Origin: Longimicrobiales bacterium
GTDB lineage: Bacteria; Gemmatimonadota; Gemmatimonadetes; Longimicrobiales; Gaopeijiaceae
Length of the DNA: 64,000 nucleotides
NCBI GenBank assembly: GCA_963664435.2
Contig: CAXXKM010000003.1
Span: forward strand, 192,001-256,000
Direction: 5' to 3'
Of the stretch, positions 38,941-49,422 are shown in pieces. How positions within the stretch are numbered: position 1 is the stretch's first letter; every line of letters starts with the position of its first letter. The position numbers were made by a program, and so were the translations under genes. The notes beneath the pieces were generated by a model. The model worked only from the letters and a program-made list of their open reading frames with translations, made no database searches and had not been told where the DNA came from.

Positions 38941-40401
38941 TCAGTATGCCCGCGCCCACGCCACCTCCATTGCAGCAGCGCCGCCGCCGATGCACCGCGA
39001 CGGCCGGCTGGACGACGCGAACTCGTCGTCGGGGATTACCCGGATCGTGGCCTTCGTGGCCTGCTTGACCCTCTCCTCCACGTCGGGGTCGCCGCTCCAC
39101 CCGGTGTACACCAGGCCACCTCCGCCCTCCAGAATCTCCTTCAGCTCGCCGATATCCGAGATCCCCCGGTGGGAGTTGGCCTCGCGGCGCGCGCGGGCGC
39201 CCTCGAGCAGGTCTTCGTGGAATTCGTCGAGCAGAGCGGGAAGCGTGGCCAAGGCCTCCTCGCGCGCCAGGAAGCGCTTGCGCTTCCCGTCCGGGAACGG
39301 AAGTCGCCGGGCCAGCACTACCTGCCCCTTCGCCACGTCGCGAGGCCCGATCTCGGCCCGGAAAGGCACGCCCTTTCGTTCCCACTCGTAGAACTTGGCG
39401 CCCGGATTAAGGTGGTCGCGCGCATCAACCCGCACGCGCACCCCCGCCGAGATCAGCTGTTCGCGGAAGCGGTCGGCTTCCTCCATCACCAGCGCGCGCT
39501 GCGCGTCCGTGCGCCAGATGGGCACTACCACGACCTGCGCCGGAGCGATGCGCGGCGGCACGACGATCCCGCTGTCGTCGCCGTGGGTCATCACCATGCC
39601 CCCGACCATGCGCGTCGAAACGCCCCAGGACGTATTCCAGGCGTACTCCTCGCGCCCCTCCTCGCTCTGGAAGGTGAGGCCGAACTGGCGCGAGAAGTTC
39701 TGCCCCAGAAAGTGGGAAGTGCCCGCCTGGAGCGCGCGATTGTCCTGCATCAGCGCTTCCACGGAATAGCTTCGCACCGCACCCGCGAACTTCTCCGAGT
39801 CGCTCTTGAGCCCGCTGATCGGGGGCATCGCGATCCAGTCCTCCTGGAACTTCCGGTACACCCCCAGCATGCGCCGGGCCTCCTCTTCGGCCTCCGCCTG
39901 CGTCGCATGTGCGGTGTGGCCCTCCTGCCAGAGGAATTCCGAGGTGCGCAGGAATAGCCGGGTGCGCAGCTCCCAGCGCATCACGTTGCACCACTGGTTC
40001 AGCAGGAGGGGCAGATCGCGGTAGCTCTGCACCCACTTGGCGTACATCGAGTAGATGATGGTCTCGGAGGTCGGGCGCACCACATAGGGCTCCTCCAGTT
40101 CCTTGCCGCCGGCGTGGCTCACCACCGCAAGCTCCGGCTTGAAGCCCTCGACATGCTCCTTCTCGCGCTCGATGAAGCTCATCGGAATGAGCAGGGGGAA
40201 GTACGCGTTTTCGTGGCCGGTCTCCTTGAAGAGGCCGTCCAGTCCCTGCTGCATCAGCTCCCAGATCGCGTATCCCCAGGGTCGGATGACCATGCATCCG
40301 CGTACCGGCGAATAGTCGGCGAGCTCCGCGCGCTGAACCACATCGTTGTACCAGGCCGAGAAGCTCTCGCTTCGGGGCGTCAGCCGTTTGTCATCAGCCA
40401 T
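38941..40401 (-). CDS. proS: Proline--tRNA ligase (archaeal/eukaryote-like type)
   Basis: WY..V...AELADY, RPTSET, FLRTSEFLWQEGHT, QAGTSHFLGQNF, C-terminal ARAY. Confidence 0.97.
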   Translation of the reverse strand: MADDKRLTPRSESFSAWYNDVVQRAELADYSPVRGCMVIRPWGYAIWELMQQGLDGLFKETGHENAYFPLLIPMSFIEREKEHVEGFKPELAVVSHAGGKELEEPYVVRPTSETIIYSMYAKWVQSYRDLPLLLNQWCNVMRWELRTRLFLRTSEFLWQEGHTAHATQAEAEEEARRMLGVYRKFQEDWIAMPPISGLKSDSEKFAGAVRSYSVEALMQDNRALQAGTSHFLGQNFSRQFGLTFQSEEGREEYAWNTSWGVSTRMVGGMVMTHGDDSGIVVPPRIAPAQVVVVPIWRTDAQRALVMEEADRFREQLISAGVRVRVDARDHLNPGAKFYEWERKGVPFRAEIGPRDVAKGQVVLARRLPFPDGKRKRFLAREEALATLPALLDEFHEDLLEGARARREANSHRGISDIGELKEILEGGGGLVYTGWSGDPDVEERVKQATKATIRVIPDDEFASSSRPSRCIGGGAAAMEVAWARAY

Positions 40402-40684
40402 TTGTCTGATCCTGGGGGTGGCCCGCGGCGCCGCGGGAAGGATCGCGCCTGCTCTCTCTGCGGAATACGAAGAAGCCGGGAACGCTGAAGAGCAGGAGCG
40501 AGGAGACGAACCACGATATCCGGAACGGCGCGCCCGTCAACTCGTTCAGGAGCAGCGCCACCAGCGCCCCCCCGCCCAGCGACATCGCCGCGGCCGCGGC
40601 CAGAATGAAGTACTCGAGGATGTTGAGCCGGCGCACGGCGCGGGCCATGTCCCTGCGCACCCCCTTGTTGCCGTCGGCTACCAT
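40394..40684 (-). CDS. Small two-TM membrane protein
   Basis: C-terminal part of ORF 40394-41155 from ATG 40684 (overlaps the upstream stop): two hydrophobic helices. Confidence 0.65.
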   Translation of the reverse strand: MVADGNKGVRRDMARAVRRLNILEYFILAAAAAMSLGGGALVALLLNELTGAPFRISWFVSSLLLFSVPGFFVFRRESRRDPSRGAAGHPQDQTNG

Positions 40685-41187
40685 TCCGGGGGCGCTCCAT
40701 GGTAGAAGTATACCCGGTGGCCCGTTCCCCGCCCTGTCCCCACCTCGCCGTACCACCCTTCCAGCGGAATCCATTCGCCCCAGGCCACGGGCACCAGGTT
40801 CCCCTCGTTCGTTCCCGAGGGCACGGCCGCGTCGTAGACGATCGCGCGAATGGCCACGAGGGTGGAATCGCGAGCGGCCCGTTGGGGCAACAATTCCCGC
40901 AGGGTCCGGCTGAATTCCGCGCGCCCGCCGGGCTCCCGGGCGAGCAGGTGCAGGGTCAGCCGACGCTCGAGCACCGGATCCGGCACCTCGTCGAAGAGCA
41001 TGACGGAGACCGCCTCGGCGGCGTCGGCGCCGAAGGATGAACGGGCCGCGGAGGGCGCGGAAGCGGGTGCCGCGCCCTCTCGCGCCGCGGGTGGACGGTC
41101 GGGAGCACAGGCGCCGACGCAGAGGCACGCCACAGACCCGGCAACGATCCTCCACGCCCGGTGCCGGCCCGCCCCGCGAGTGGTCAT
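40678..41187 (-). CDS. Hypothetical lipoprotein
   Basis: Lipobox-like VGA-C; ATGA overlap with the hisS stop. Confidence 0.6.
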   Translation of the reverse strand: MTTRGAGRHRAWRIVAGSVACLCVGACAPDRPPAAREGAAPASAPSAARSSFGADAAEAVSVMLFDEVPDPVLERRLTLHLLAREPGGRAEFSRTLRELLPQRAARDSTLVAIRAIVYDAAVPSGTNEGNLVPVAWGEWIPLEGWYGEVGTGRGTGHRVYFYHGAPPEW

Positions 41188-42488
41188 GATGCCAGGCTGC
41201 CCAGACGCAGGTCGGCGAGGGAGACCTCGTGCTGGGTGCCGTGCGTCATGTCGCGGATCACCGCCACCCCCCTCGCCGTCTCTTCCGGGCCCAGCAGGAT
41301 GACCTTGCGGGCTCCCTGCCTGGCGGCCATGGCGAGCTGCTTTCGCACCGGACGCTGCTCGAGCGCATAGGCGACGGTCGATCCCGCCTCCCGCAGGACA
41401 TGGGCAATTTCCCGTCCCAGAAGGCGCTGGGCCGGAGATACGCTGGCGATGAACCAGTCCATCGACGGGGTGACGTCGGGGAGCAGTTTCCTGTCGCGCA
41501 GCAACTCGGTGAGCACCACGTCTCCCATTCCGAATCCCACCGCGGCAAGGGGTTCGCCGCCGACCCGCTGGAGCAGCTGGTCGTAGCGGCCTCCCCCGCA
41601 GATGGCGCGCAGCTTGCCCTTCCGGTCGAAGAGTTCGAACACGATGCCGGTGTAATACGCCAGGCCGCGCACGATGCGGAGGTCGAAGCGAAGGAAGGGC
41701 GCGAGGCCCATCGCCGTCAGGTCCGCCCGGTAGCGGCGCAGTTCGTCGAGGCTGGCGCCCACGGCCTCACGTTCGCCCAGCAGTTCCTCGACCACATCGA
41801 GCCCGGAACCGTCGAGGATCTCAAGAAGCGAATCCACGCGCCGGCCGGCCAGTCCGGCGGACGCCTGCAGCCGCTCGCGCGTCGCGTCCACGCCCACCCG
41901 TTCGTACTTGTCTATGTCGCTGAAGGTGGCGGCCATTCGGTCCGCCGGCACGTCCAGGGCGGCAAGAACCGCCGACAACAGACGGCGATCCGAGACGCGA
42001 GCCACGAAGTCGTCCGGTCCCAGGCCCAACTCGCGAAGGGCGTCGACGGCAACCGCCAGGACTTCGGCGTCCGCGCCCGTCCGGGGTTCGCCGAGGATGT
42101 CGACGTTCAATTGGAAGTGCTCCCGCAGACGCCCCCGCTGCTGCCGCTCGTAGCGAAACAGCTGGGGAATCGAAAACCAGCGGATGGGCTTGGCCATGGC
42201 CCGGCTGCGCTCACCGAGCATGCGGGCGAGCGACGGCGTCATTTCGGGGCGCAGCGCCACCTCGCGCCCACCCTTGTCGACGAAGGCGTACAGCTGCCCG
42301 ACGATCTCGTCGCCGCTCTTTTCCCGGTAGAGCTCCAGCGGTTCCAGCGGGGGCCCGTCGTATTCCTGGAAGCCGTAGCGGCGCGCCACTCGGCGCCAGC
42401 TTCTGAATACGTGCTCCCGCTCGGCCAGGGCCTCCGGTGCGAAGTCTCGAAAACCCGGAAGTCTGGGAAAACTCTTGCTTTTAGGCAT
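41184..42488 (-). CDS. hisS: Histidine--tRNA ligase
   Basis: GFRDF, LRPEMTPS, FRYERQQRGRLREHFQ, RGLAYYTG, GGGRYD. Confidence 0.97.
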   Translation of the reverse strand: MPKSKSFPRLPGFRDFAPEALAEREHVFRSWRRVARRYGFQEYDGPPLEPLELYREKSGDEIVGQLYAFVDKGGREVALRPEMTPSLARMLGERSRAMAKPIRWFSIPQLFRYERQQRGRLREHFQLNVDILGEPRTGADAEVLAVAVDALRELGLGPDDFVARVSDRRLLSAVLAALDVPADRMAATFSDIDKYERVGVDATRERLQASAGLAGRRVDSLLEILDGSGLDVVEELLGEREAVGASLDELRRYRADLTAMGLAPFLRFDLRIVRGLAYYTGIVFELFDRKGKLRAICGGGRYDQLLQRVGGEPLAAVGFGMGDVVLTELLRDRKLLPDVTPSMDWFIASVSPAQRLLGREIAHVLREAGSTVAYALEQRPVRKQLAMAARQGARKVILLGPEETARGVAVIRDMTHGTQHEVSLADLRLGSLAS

Positions 42489-42519
42489 GGCGGCGAATCT
42501 ATGCGCTTCACCCGATGCG

Positions 42520-43830
42520 TCAAACCGGGAGAGGAGTCGGGAATGGCCGGATACCCAGCTCGCCGAGGGCGCTGCCGACCGTATGGCAGGATCCCGTGAC
42601 CACCGCCGTGCCGCCGTCCGCCCACTCGGCCGCTCTGGCCAGGGCGAGGCCGAAGTCCGCCTCAACCTCGAGCGCGAACCGTGGTGCGAGCGCAGCCGCG
42701 ACCTGCTCGGGCTTCCACCTCCGTTCCCGGGGTGCGGACGGGGGCTGGGTCAGGACGGCCGCGTCGGAGATCGAGAGGAGGCCCGGAAGCATGCCGCCCC
42801 AATCCTTGTCCCCCAGGATGCCGGCAAGAACCACGATCGGCCGCGGCGGACCGATCGACCGCAGGGTGGTGGCAAGCGTTTCCATTCCGGCGACGTTGTG
42901 CGCCACGTCGAAAACCCAGGTTGTGCCGCCTTGCCTCACCAACTGCACCCGACCCGGCCAGCTCACCCGCGCCAGGCCCCGCACGACCGCCTGCCGAGCG
43001 GGCCGCAACTCCTCCGGAAGCGACTCCAGCGCCCGCGCCGCGAGCGCCGCGTTGGTCGCCTGGTGCCCTCCCGCCAGGGGCACCGACAGATCGAGCTCCC
43101 CCCAGGCGGCGGAAGACATGCGAAAGCTCGTGCCCGCCCCCGAGAGCTCCAGGCTTCGCACGTCCCTGACCGGATCGAGCACGTGGAAGGGAGCGCCGGC
43201 CCGCTGCGCCCCGTCCCTCAGAATATCCAGGACGGGTCCGGCGGTCTCGCTGGTATGCACCGGGACACCCGGCTTGATGATCCCGGCCTTCTCCCGGGCA
43301 ATGTCCTCCACGGTGGTGCCCAGGTAGTCTGCGTGGTCGAGTGACACGTTGGTGATGCAGGTCACTGCCGGGACGATCACGTTGGTCGCGTCGAGACGCC
43401 CACCCAGCCCTACCTCCACCACCCCGATGTCGATTTCCCGATTGGCGAATACACCGAACGCCAGAGCGGTGGTCGCCTCGAAGAAGGTGGGTCCGATCCG
43501 GTCGACGGCCGCGTGCAGCCCGGCCGCCACCCCCGTCATGGCATCCGGCGCGACCGGGCGGCCGTCGACCTGGATGCGCTCGCGGAAGTCGCACAAGTGG
43601 GGGGACGTGTAGAGCCCGGTGCGCAGCCCGGCCTCCCGCAATACCTCGGCGCACATCGCCGCAACCGACCCCTTGCCGTTGGTCCCGCCGATGTGGATCG
43701 ACGGATAGGCGCATTGTGGCTCGCCCAGGGCCGCAAGCAGGGCCCGGGTGCGCTCGAGACCCCATTTGACCCCATGCCCCAGCCGCGGGAACAGCTCGTG
43801 CGTCGCGGGAGCCCCGGCCTTCAACGCCAC
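42520..43830 (-). CDS. folC: Folylpolyglutamate synthase/dihydrofolate synthase
   Basis: HIGGTNGKGS, YTSPHL, EVGLGGRLDATN, EKAGI, WPGR, DVAHN. Confidence 0.96.
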   Translation of the reverse strand: MALKAGAPATHELFPRLGHGVKWGLERTRALLAALGEPQCAYPSIHIGGTNGKGSVAAMCAEVLREAGLRTGLYTSPHLCDFRERIQVDGRPVAPDAMTGVAAGLHAAVDRIGPTFFEATTALAFGVFANREIDIGVVEVGLGGRLDATNVIVPAVTCITNVSLDHADYLGTTVEDIAREKAGIIKPGVPVHTSETAGPVLDILRDGAQRAGAPFHVLDPVRDVRSLELSGAGTSFRMSSAAWGELDLSVPLAGGHQATNAALAARALESLPEELRPARQAVVRGLARVSWPGRVQLVRQGGTTWVFDVAHNVAGMETLATTLRSIGPPRPIVVLAGILGDKDWGGMLPGLLSISDAAVLTQPPSAPRERRWKPEQVAAALAPRFALEVEADFGLALARAAEWADGGTAVVTGSCHTVGSALGELGIRPFPTPLPV

Positions 43831-43867
43831 ATTCTCCGGAGGGTGTGGGGCCGCGCGCCGGCTGGCC

Positions 43868-44725
43868 TCAGCCCTGGGGCTTCCACCCCGCCCACATGTG
43901 CCGCAGCAGAAGTGCCACCGTGGCCTTCAACTCCTTGCGCGGTACGACGCAGTCGAGCATGCCGTGTTCGAGCAGAAACTCGGATCTCTGGAACCCGTCC
44001 GGCAGCTCCTGCCGGATCGTCTCCTCGATCACGCGAGGCCCCGCGAACCCGATGAAGGCGTCGGGTTCCGCGAGGTTGACGTCGCCCAGCATGGCGTAGG
44101 AGGCGGTCACCCCGCCCGCCGTCGGATTGGTGAGGATGGATATGTGGGGCAGACCGGCCTCGTGAAGCCTCGCCAGCAACGTTGCCGTCTTCGCCATCTG
44201 CATCAGCGACAGGATTCCTTCCTGCATTCGGGCTCCGCCGGAGGCGCTCACGACGACCAGGGGGACCTGTTCGCGCAGTGACCTGGCGATGATGCGGGCC
44301 AGCTTCTCCCCCACCACCGATCCCATCGATCCTCCGATGAAGGAAAAATCCATCACCGCCAGCGACACCGGGATGCCGTCCAGCTTGCCCGAACCGACCA
44401 CCATGGCCTCCGGTCGTCCCGCACGCTGTTCGGCCATCTGCACCCGGGCGGTGTAGGGCTTCGAGTCGACGAAGCCCAGGGGGTCGGCGCTGGCCAGCCC
44501 CGCGTGCTCCTCGCTGAAGGCGCCTTCGTCCAGCAGCAGCCGCAGGTAGTCCGAGGCCCCGAACCTGAAGTGGAATTCGCACTCCGGGCACACGGAGAGG
44601 TTCTGGGTGAGCTTCTCGCGATAGACGATCGCGCGGCAGCCCGGACACTTCTTGAAGACGTCGCTCGGAACATCCCGCCGGTCCTGCGCGCGTAACGGCT
44701 TCTTGGGCTTGTTGAACCAGGCCAT
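43868..44725 (-). CDS. accD: Acetyl-CoA carboxylase carboxyltransferase beta subunit
   Basis: CPGC...CPEC zinc finger, GGSMGSVVGEK, SGGARMQEG, FQRSEFLLEHG. Confidence 0.97.
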   Translation of the reverse strand: MAWFNKPKKPLRAQDRRDVPSDVFKKCPGCRAIVYREKLTQNLSVCPECEFHFRFGASDYLRLLLDEGAFSEEHAGLASADPLGFVDSKPYTARVQMAEQRAGRPEAMVVGSGKLDGIPVSLAVMDFSFIGGSMGSVVGEKLARIIARSLREQVPLVVVSASGGARMQEGILSLMQMAKTATLLARLHEAGLPHISILTNPTAGGVTASYAMLGDVNLAEPDAFIGFAGPRVIEETIRQELPDGFQRSEFLLEHGMLDCVVPRKELKATVALLLRHMWAGWKPQG

Positions 44726-44779
44726 GGCTTGCTTTCGTCGGCGTTGCTCTCGAGTTGGCCGCGCGGATGGCGCGACCCC

Positions 44780-46036
44780 TCAGTCCCGCCGGGCGACGCG
44801 CACGGCGAGCGCCGCGGCCACCCAGCACATCAGCAGAAAGGAACCCCCATAGCTGATGAACGGAAGGGGAATGCCGGTGACCGGGACCAGCCCGACGGTC
44901 ATTCCGGTGTTCACGAAGACGTGCGTAATCCAGGCGCCGAAGATACCGAAGAGGACGAAGCTTGCAAAGTGACTGACGGCTCCGGTCGCCATGCGGATGA
45001 GCCGGAGCAGGACGTAGGCGAAGCCGGACAGGACCAGCAGCGTGCCCACGAAGCCGAACTCCTCCCCGATCACCGCGAAGATGAAATCGGTATGCTGCTC
45101 GGGCAAAAAGTTGAACCGCTTCTGGGTGCCCAGCGTAAACCCCTTGCCGGTCAGCCCTCCGCTGCCAATGGCGACCTTCGACTGGACCAGGTGGTAGCCC
45201 GCCTGCCGTGGATCGAGACCGGGATCCAGAAACACGAGCACCCGGTTCTGCTGGTAGGGGGCCAGCGAGTCCCAGAGGAGCCGCGCGACCGTGCCCACGG
45301 CCAGATTGAACAGGAGCACCGCCACGTACTCGAAAGTGTAGAGGCGCGAGCGCCGCAGATAGAGCAGCCCGATGAGCGCCACCATGTACGCCGAGAACAG
45401 CCAGGTGTTGAAGGAGACGATCAGCGCGATGGCCGGGCTCACCAGCAGGAACAGGTAGGTCAGCGGAATCCCGGACCAGAAGAGCACGGCAATCAATATG
45501 CCCACGAAGGCCATCGCGGTCCCCAGATCCGGCTGGAGGAGCACCAGGAGCAGAGGGAGCCCGACCAGCGCGCAGGGCGCGATCACGTCGGCCAGCTGCC
45601 ATGATCTCCGGGAACCATGTCCGGGCGCTTCCACGCGCGACGCCATGAGGCGCGCAACGGCGAGGATGGTGGCAATCTTGGCGACCTCGGCCGGCTGGAA
45701 CTGAAAGCCCCCGAACTGCAGGAAGCTCGTTACTCCGGTCGCGGTGCCGCGGCCGGTGCCCACGACCAACGTGACGGCCAACAGAACTACCGCCAGAACA
45801 TAGGCGGGCACCGCAACCCACTCGATCCAGTTGGTGGAGATGCGGGTAATGACGGTGAAGGCCGTCAGCCCGAACACGAACCAGACCAGCTGACGGATCC
45901 AGGCACCCTCGACGACGGGGCTGGGCACGTTGAGCTGGCCCGTCGAATAGATCATCGCCACGCCGAAGAGGGAGAGCGCGAGCAGGGCGAGAATGAGGCG
46001 GCTGTCGAGGGCCCAGCGCGAGAACAGGGTCTTCAA
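44780..46036 (-). CDS. rodA: Rod shape-determining protein RodA (SEDS family)
   Basis: QPAEVAK, QPDLGTA, AIGSGG..GKG, PEQHTDFIF, GIPLPFISYGGS; downstream of mrdA. Confidence 0.95.
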   Translation of the reverse strand: MKTLFSRWALDSRLILALLALSLFGVAMIYSTGQLNVPSPVVEGAWIRQLVWFVFGLTAFTVITRISTNWIEWVAVPAYVLAVVLLAVTLVVGTGRGTATGVTSFLQFGGFQFQPAEVAKIATILAVARLMASRVEAPGHGSRRSWQLADVIAPCALVGLPLLLVLLQPDLGTAMAFVGILIAVLFWSGIPLTYLFLLVSPAIALIVSFNTWLFSAYMVALIGLLYLRRSRLYTFEYVAVLLFNLAVGTVARLLWDSLAPYQQNRVLVFLDPGLDPRQAGYHLVQSKVAIGSGGLTGKGFTLGTQKRFNFLPEQHTDFIFAVIGEEFGFVGTLLVLSGFAYVLLRLIRMATGAVSHFASFVLFGIFGAWITHVFVNTGMTVGLVPVTGIPLPFISYGGSFLLMCWVAAALAVRVARRD

Positions 46037-46064
46037 GGGATGAGTTCCGGCGGGGTGCGCAGGG

Positions 46065-47909
46065 TCACCAGTTCGCCCAGCGAGCAGGCGTGCCGGTCAT
46101 CAGGTGTTCGCGCAGCGTCTGGATGGTATCGGTCGGGATGCCGTAGCGCTTGCGCAGGAAGTAGTCCGCTGACTTGGCGGCGAGCGGGGCCGCCACGATG
46201 GATCCGCTTTCCCCGAGCTCCACCAGCACGACCACGACGATCTCCGGCTGCTCCTCCCGGGGGCCCGCCATTGCCGCGAACCACGCGTGGCTGCGCTGCG
46301 GGTCCTGTGCGTTCTGGGCGGTGCCCGACTTGCCCAGCAGCTCCCAGTGCTCGACCGAGGACAGATGCGCCGTGCCTCCCGGCATGAAGACCCGCCTGAG
46401 CCCCTCCATCAGAACCTCGCCCTGCTCCGTTGAAATCCCGATGTCCCAGGTGTCGCCCGCTTCCTCCCCGTGCAGGATCCGTGGCGCGGGAGCCTGACCG
46501 CCCCGGGCCATGGCGAGGTAGAACTGGGCGATCCCCAGGGGGGTCTGGTCGTTGGGTCCCTGCCCGATCGCCAGGGACAATACCTCCGTTTCCACCGCGC
46601 GATACCCGAACCGCTCCTCCCAGAAGCCCAGACCGCTCGGAAACACCCCCGGAGACTCACGGGGCAGGTCGATGCCGCACTGGCGCGCAAAGCCCATTTC
46701 GTTCGCGTTGGCCAGAAGACGCTCCAGCCCGATCCGGAGGCCCAGCTGGTAGAAGTAGACGTTGCAGGAGTGCTGGATGGCCTGCACGAGATTGAGCGCT
46801 CCGTGGCCGGACTCTTGCCAGCAACCGAACCTGGCGCTGCCGACGAACATCGCTCCGGTGCACCCCCGCGGCATGTATTCGTTCGCTTCCACAAGGCCGA
46901 GCTTCAGCCCGATCGCCGCGACCGCGAGCTTCCACGTGGACCCCGGGGCGTAGCGTCCCACGACCGCGCGATTGAAGAGGGGCTGTTCGGGGTCGCTGTT
47001 GAGAGATGCCCACTGGTCGGGTTCGATCCCACCCACGAAGCTGTTGGGGTCGAAGGTCGGAGCCGAGTAGAGGGCGAGGACGCCGCCATCCTCGACATCC
47101 AGCGCCACTACGGCGCCGCGCATGGAGTCGGGGAAGATGTGGTGGATCCACTCCATCAGATCCAGGTCGATATTGAGGTGGATATCCACCCCGGGCTCGG
47201 GTGCTTCCACGACCTGACCGAAAGGAGAGCTGACGACCCGGCCCAGCGCGTCGACTTCCGAATAGCGCAGGCCGCGCTTCCCCTGAAGCCGGGCTTCGTA
47301 CTGCCGCTCCACCCCCTCCTTGCCCACCGTCATGCCCTGCGAGTACTCGGAGTATTGTTCCTGCTCCAATTCATCTGCGGTGACTTCGCCCACATACCCC
47401 ATCAGGTGGGAGACCGCCCGCGCAGCCTGGTACCGGCGCTTCGGATCCATCCGGACCACGACGTTCGGCAACTCCGCGCGGTGCTCCTCGAGCGTGGAGA
47501 CGAGATCGAAATCGGCGTCGCCCTCCACCAGAAGCGGCTGATAGGGTTCGCGTCGGGCACGCTCGAGCAGCAGCTCGATCCTCGCATCGTCCAGATCGAG
47601 GTACGATTGCAGGCGTTCGAGCGTGGTCTCCATGACGCCGGAAGTCGCCGAAGGGAACACGTGCAGCGAATAGCCGGGAACGCTGCTCGCAACGACCCGG
47701 CCGGTCCGGTCGAAGACGGCCCCGCGGGGAGCCGCAATGGGGAACGGCCGGAGCCGGTTCGAGTCCGAGCGAAGTTCGTAGGTGTTGGACTCGAGCACCT
47801 GGAGCCGGAAGAAGGCGACGGTGAGAACTCCGAAGAGCGTCATGAGTCCGATGATGGCGATGCGGGTGCGCCGCGACGCCCCTGGGTTGGGCACCTGGAA
47901 CTGATTCAT
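46065..47909 (-). CDS. mrdA: Penicillin-binding protein 2
   Basis: APRG..FDR.G, PGSTWK (SxxK), SCN (SxN), KSGTAQ (KTG-like); start MNQF at 47909. Confidence 0.95.
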   Translation of the reverse strand: MNQFQVPNPGASRRTRIAIIGLMTLFGVLTVAFFRLQVLESNTYELRSDSNRLRPFPIAAPRGAVFDRTGRVVASSVPGYSLHVFPSATSGVMETTLERLQSYLDLDDARIELLLERARREPYQPLLVEGDADFDLVSTLEEHRAELPNVVVRMDPKRRYQAARAVSHLMGYVGEVTADELEQEQYSEYSQGMTVGKEGVERQYEARLQGKRGLRYSEVDALGRVVSSPFGQVVEAPEPGVDIHLNIDLDLMEWIHHIFPDSMRGAVVALDVEDGGVLALYSAPTFDPNSFVGGIEPDQWASLNSDPEQPLFNRAVVGRYAPGSTWKLAVAAIGLKLGLVEANEYMPRGCTGAMFVGSARFGCWQESGHGALNLVQAIQHSCNVYFYQLGLRIGLERLLANANEMGFARQCGIDLPRESPGVFPSGLGFWEERFGYRAVETEVLSLAIGQGPNDQTPLGIAQFYLAMARGGQAPAPRILHGEEAGDTWDIGISTEQGEVLMEGLRRVFMPGGTAHLSSVEHWELLGKSGTAQNAQDPQRSHAWFAAMAGPREEQPEIVVVVLVELGESGSIVAAPLAAKSADYFLRKRYGIPTDTIQTLREHLMTGTPARWANW

Positions 47910-48430
47910 GACTCGCTCTCGCTGAAAGGACCGACAAGCCTCACGATGAGCACGCCCACCAGGGCGGCATAGAGCGCCGCCGGCACCGCAGCGAAAACCA
48001 TCGGTTCGATGAACCCGCTCCTGACCCCGGCCGCGTGCTGCAGGATCCAGTGGATGAAGTCGCGCAGCCACTTGCCGGCGACAAAGTAGACAATGTGGAA
48101 GGAAAGCGACGTGGTGGAAACGAAGAACGCCCGGGTCTGCACGCCCAGAATGCCCACCAGGGTCATCGCTACGGTGTTCGCGCCGAAGGCCACGAGCGTG
48201 AACGCGTCCTCCAGCATGCCAAGGGTAAAGCCGACACATGCAGCAGTGCCGGATCGGACCCTGCGAACGTGGAGCAGGAGTGCGACGGTCAACAGATCAG
48301 GCGCTCCGGCGCCCACCCCCAGGCCGAGCCGCAGAACGAAATGGAAGAAGACCAGAATCAGCGTGAGGGCCACGGCCGCGCCCGACCCGATGCCGAGCCG
48401 CGGGGTGCCGGTAAGCGGACGCTCAGCCAC
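47906..48430 (-). CDS. mreD: Rod shape-determining protein MreD
   Basis: Hydrophobic, PDLL, GF..G...D; lies between mreC and mrdA. Confidence 0.85.
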   Translation of the reverse strand: MAERPLTGTPRLGIGSGAAVALTLILVFFHFVLRLGLGVGAGAPDLLTVALLLHVRRVRSGTAACVGFTLGMLEDAFTLVAFGANTVAMTLVGILGVQTRAFFVSTTSLSFHIVYFVAGKWLRDFIHWILQHAAGVRSGFIEPMVFAAVPAALYAALVGVLIVRLVGPFSESES

Positions 48431-49349
48431 TGCCGTCGGTAGCAGGCGCGCTGCCCGGCCCGCCCTCGCTGGCGGAGTCCGGGATCGGTGACCTTCCTGC
48501 CGGAAACAGGCTGGACAGGTCCGCTTCGCCCTCCGGTCCGGGTCCGTGGGAAACGCCGACCAGCGCGTGCGTGACCGAGGCGGGATGTACCGTCGGGTAC
48601 ACCCAGTAACTCCGGTGCCATCCCTCTTCGACCTCGGCCAGCCCTCCGACCCGGCCCACGGGCACGCCGCGCGGATAGACACCCCCGCGTCCGCTGGTAA
48701 CCACCAGCGTGCCGTCCGCAAGGACGTCGAAATAGGGGATGCCGGTCAGGATGAGTCGCTCGGCTCCCCCGAAAGTGGCCGGTTCCGGTGCGACGATGCC
48801 GTACAGCTCGCCGTCCTCCGACATGACCGAGGCCCGAAAGTCCGGGTGCGACCAGTCCATGCCGATTGAAAGCGAAGGGTGGGCTTCGAGAACCCGGCCA
48901 GCCAGCCCCTCGGCGGTGATGACGGGGGACAGGGCATGGACGCCCTGTTCGGAGCCGAGGTCGAGCACGATCGTGCTCTGGGAACCCAGGTTCCCCGGGC
49001 GGTGCACGCTCACCGCGCGATAAGACCGCTCCACCAGCGGCGCCAGTCCGATCAGGACGCGCAGACGCCGGTTCTCCTCTATCGCCGGCGCGTTGTTTGC
49101 AACCCAGGCGCGCAGGGAGTCCACTTCTGCCCGCAGCATGTCCGCCTCGCGCCCTATCGAGCGGGCCGCGGTCAGCGCGCTCCGGATGTCCACGAACGGG
49201 CGCAGCAGGGTGAGGCGAATCCCGGACGCGATGCTCTGCTGGGGCCCCGTGGGAATCAGGTAGAAGAACAAGCCGACCAGCAGGCAGGCGACCGCCAGAA
49301 GGAACTGTCTCCGCAGTCCGTTACCGCTGGCACCGCCGTATTCCCGCAT
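48423..49349 (-). CDS. mreC: Rod shape-determining protein MreC
   Basis: TM + EENRRLR coiled coil, D.G...GV, VIT..GL.G, VVTSG.GGVYP.G.PVG. Confidence 0.93.
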   Translation of the reverse strand: MREYGGASGNGLRRQFLLAVACLLVGLFFYLIPTGPQQSIASGIRLTLLRPFVDIRSALTAARSIGREADMLRAEVDSLRAWVANNAPAIEENRRLRVLIGLAPLVERSYRAVSVHRPGNLGSQSTIVLDLGSEQGVHALSPVITAEGLAGRVLEAHPSLSIGMDWSHPDFRASVMSEDGELYGIVAPEPATFGGAERLILTGIPYFDVLADGTLVVTSGRGGVYPRGVPVGRVGGLAEVEEGWHRSYWVYPTVHPASVTHALVGVSHGPGPEGEADLSSLFPAGRSPIPDSASEGGPGSAPATDGSG

Positions 49350-49422
49350 CAACCCCACCCGCACGGGCTCAGGGCCTGCGCTGCTGCCTCGACCACTCCG
49401 GAAACCGGTGGCCGATCAACGG

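Noticed and set aside
46033..46284. Possible frameshifted C-terminus of PBP2
   Set aside because: The main frame contains all catalytic motifs and ends plausibly 28 bp before rodA
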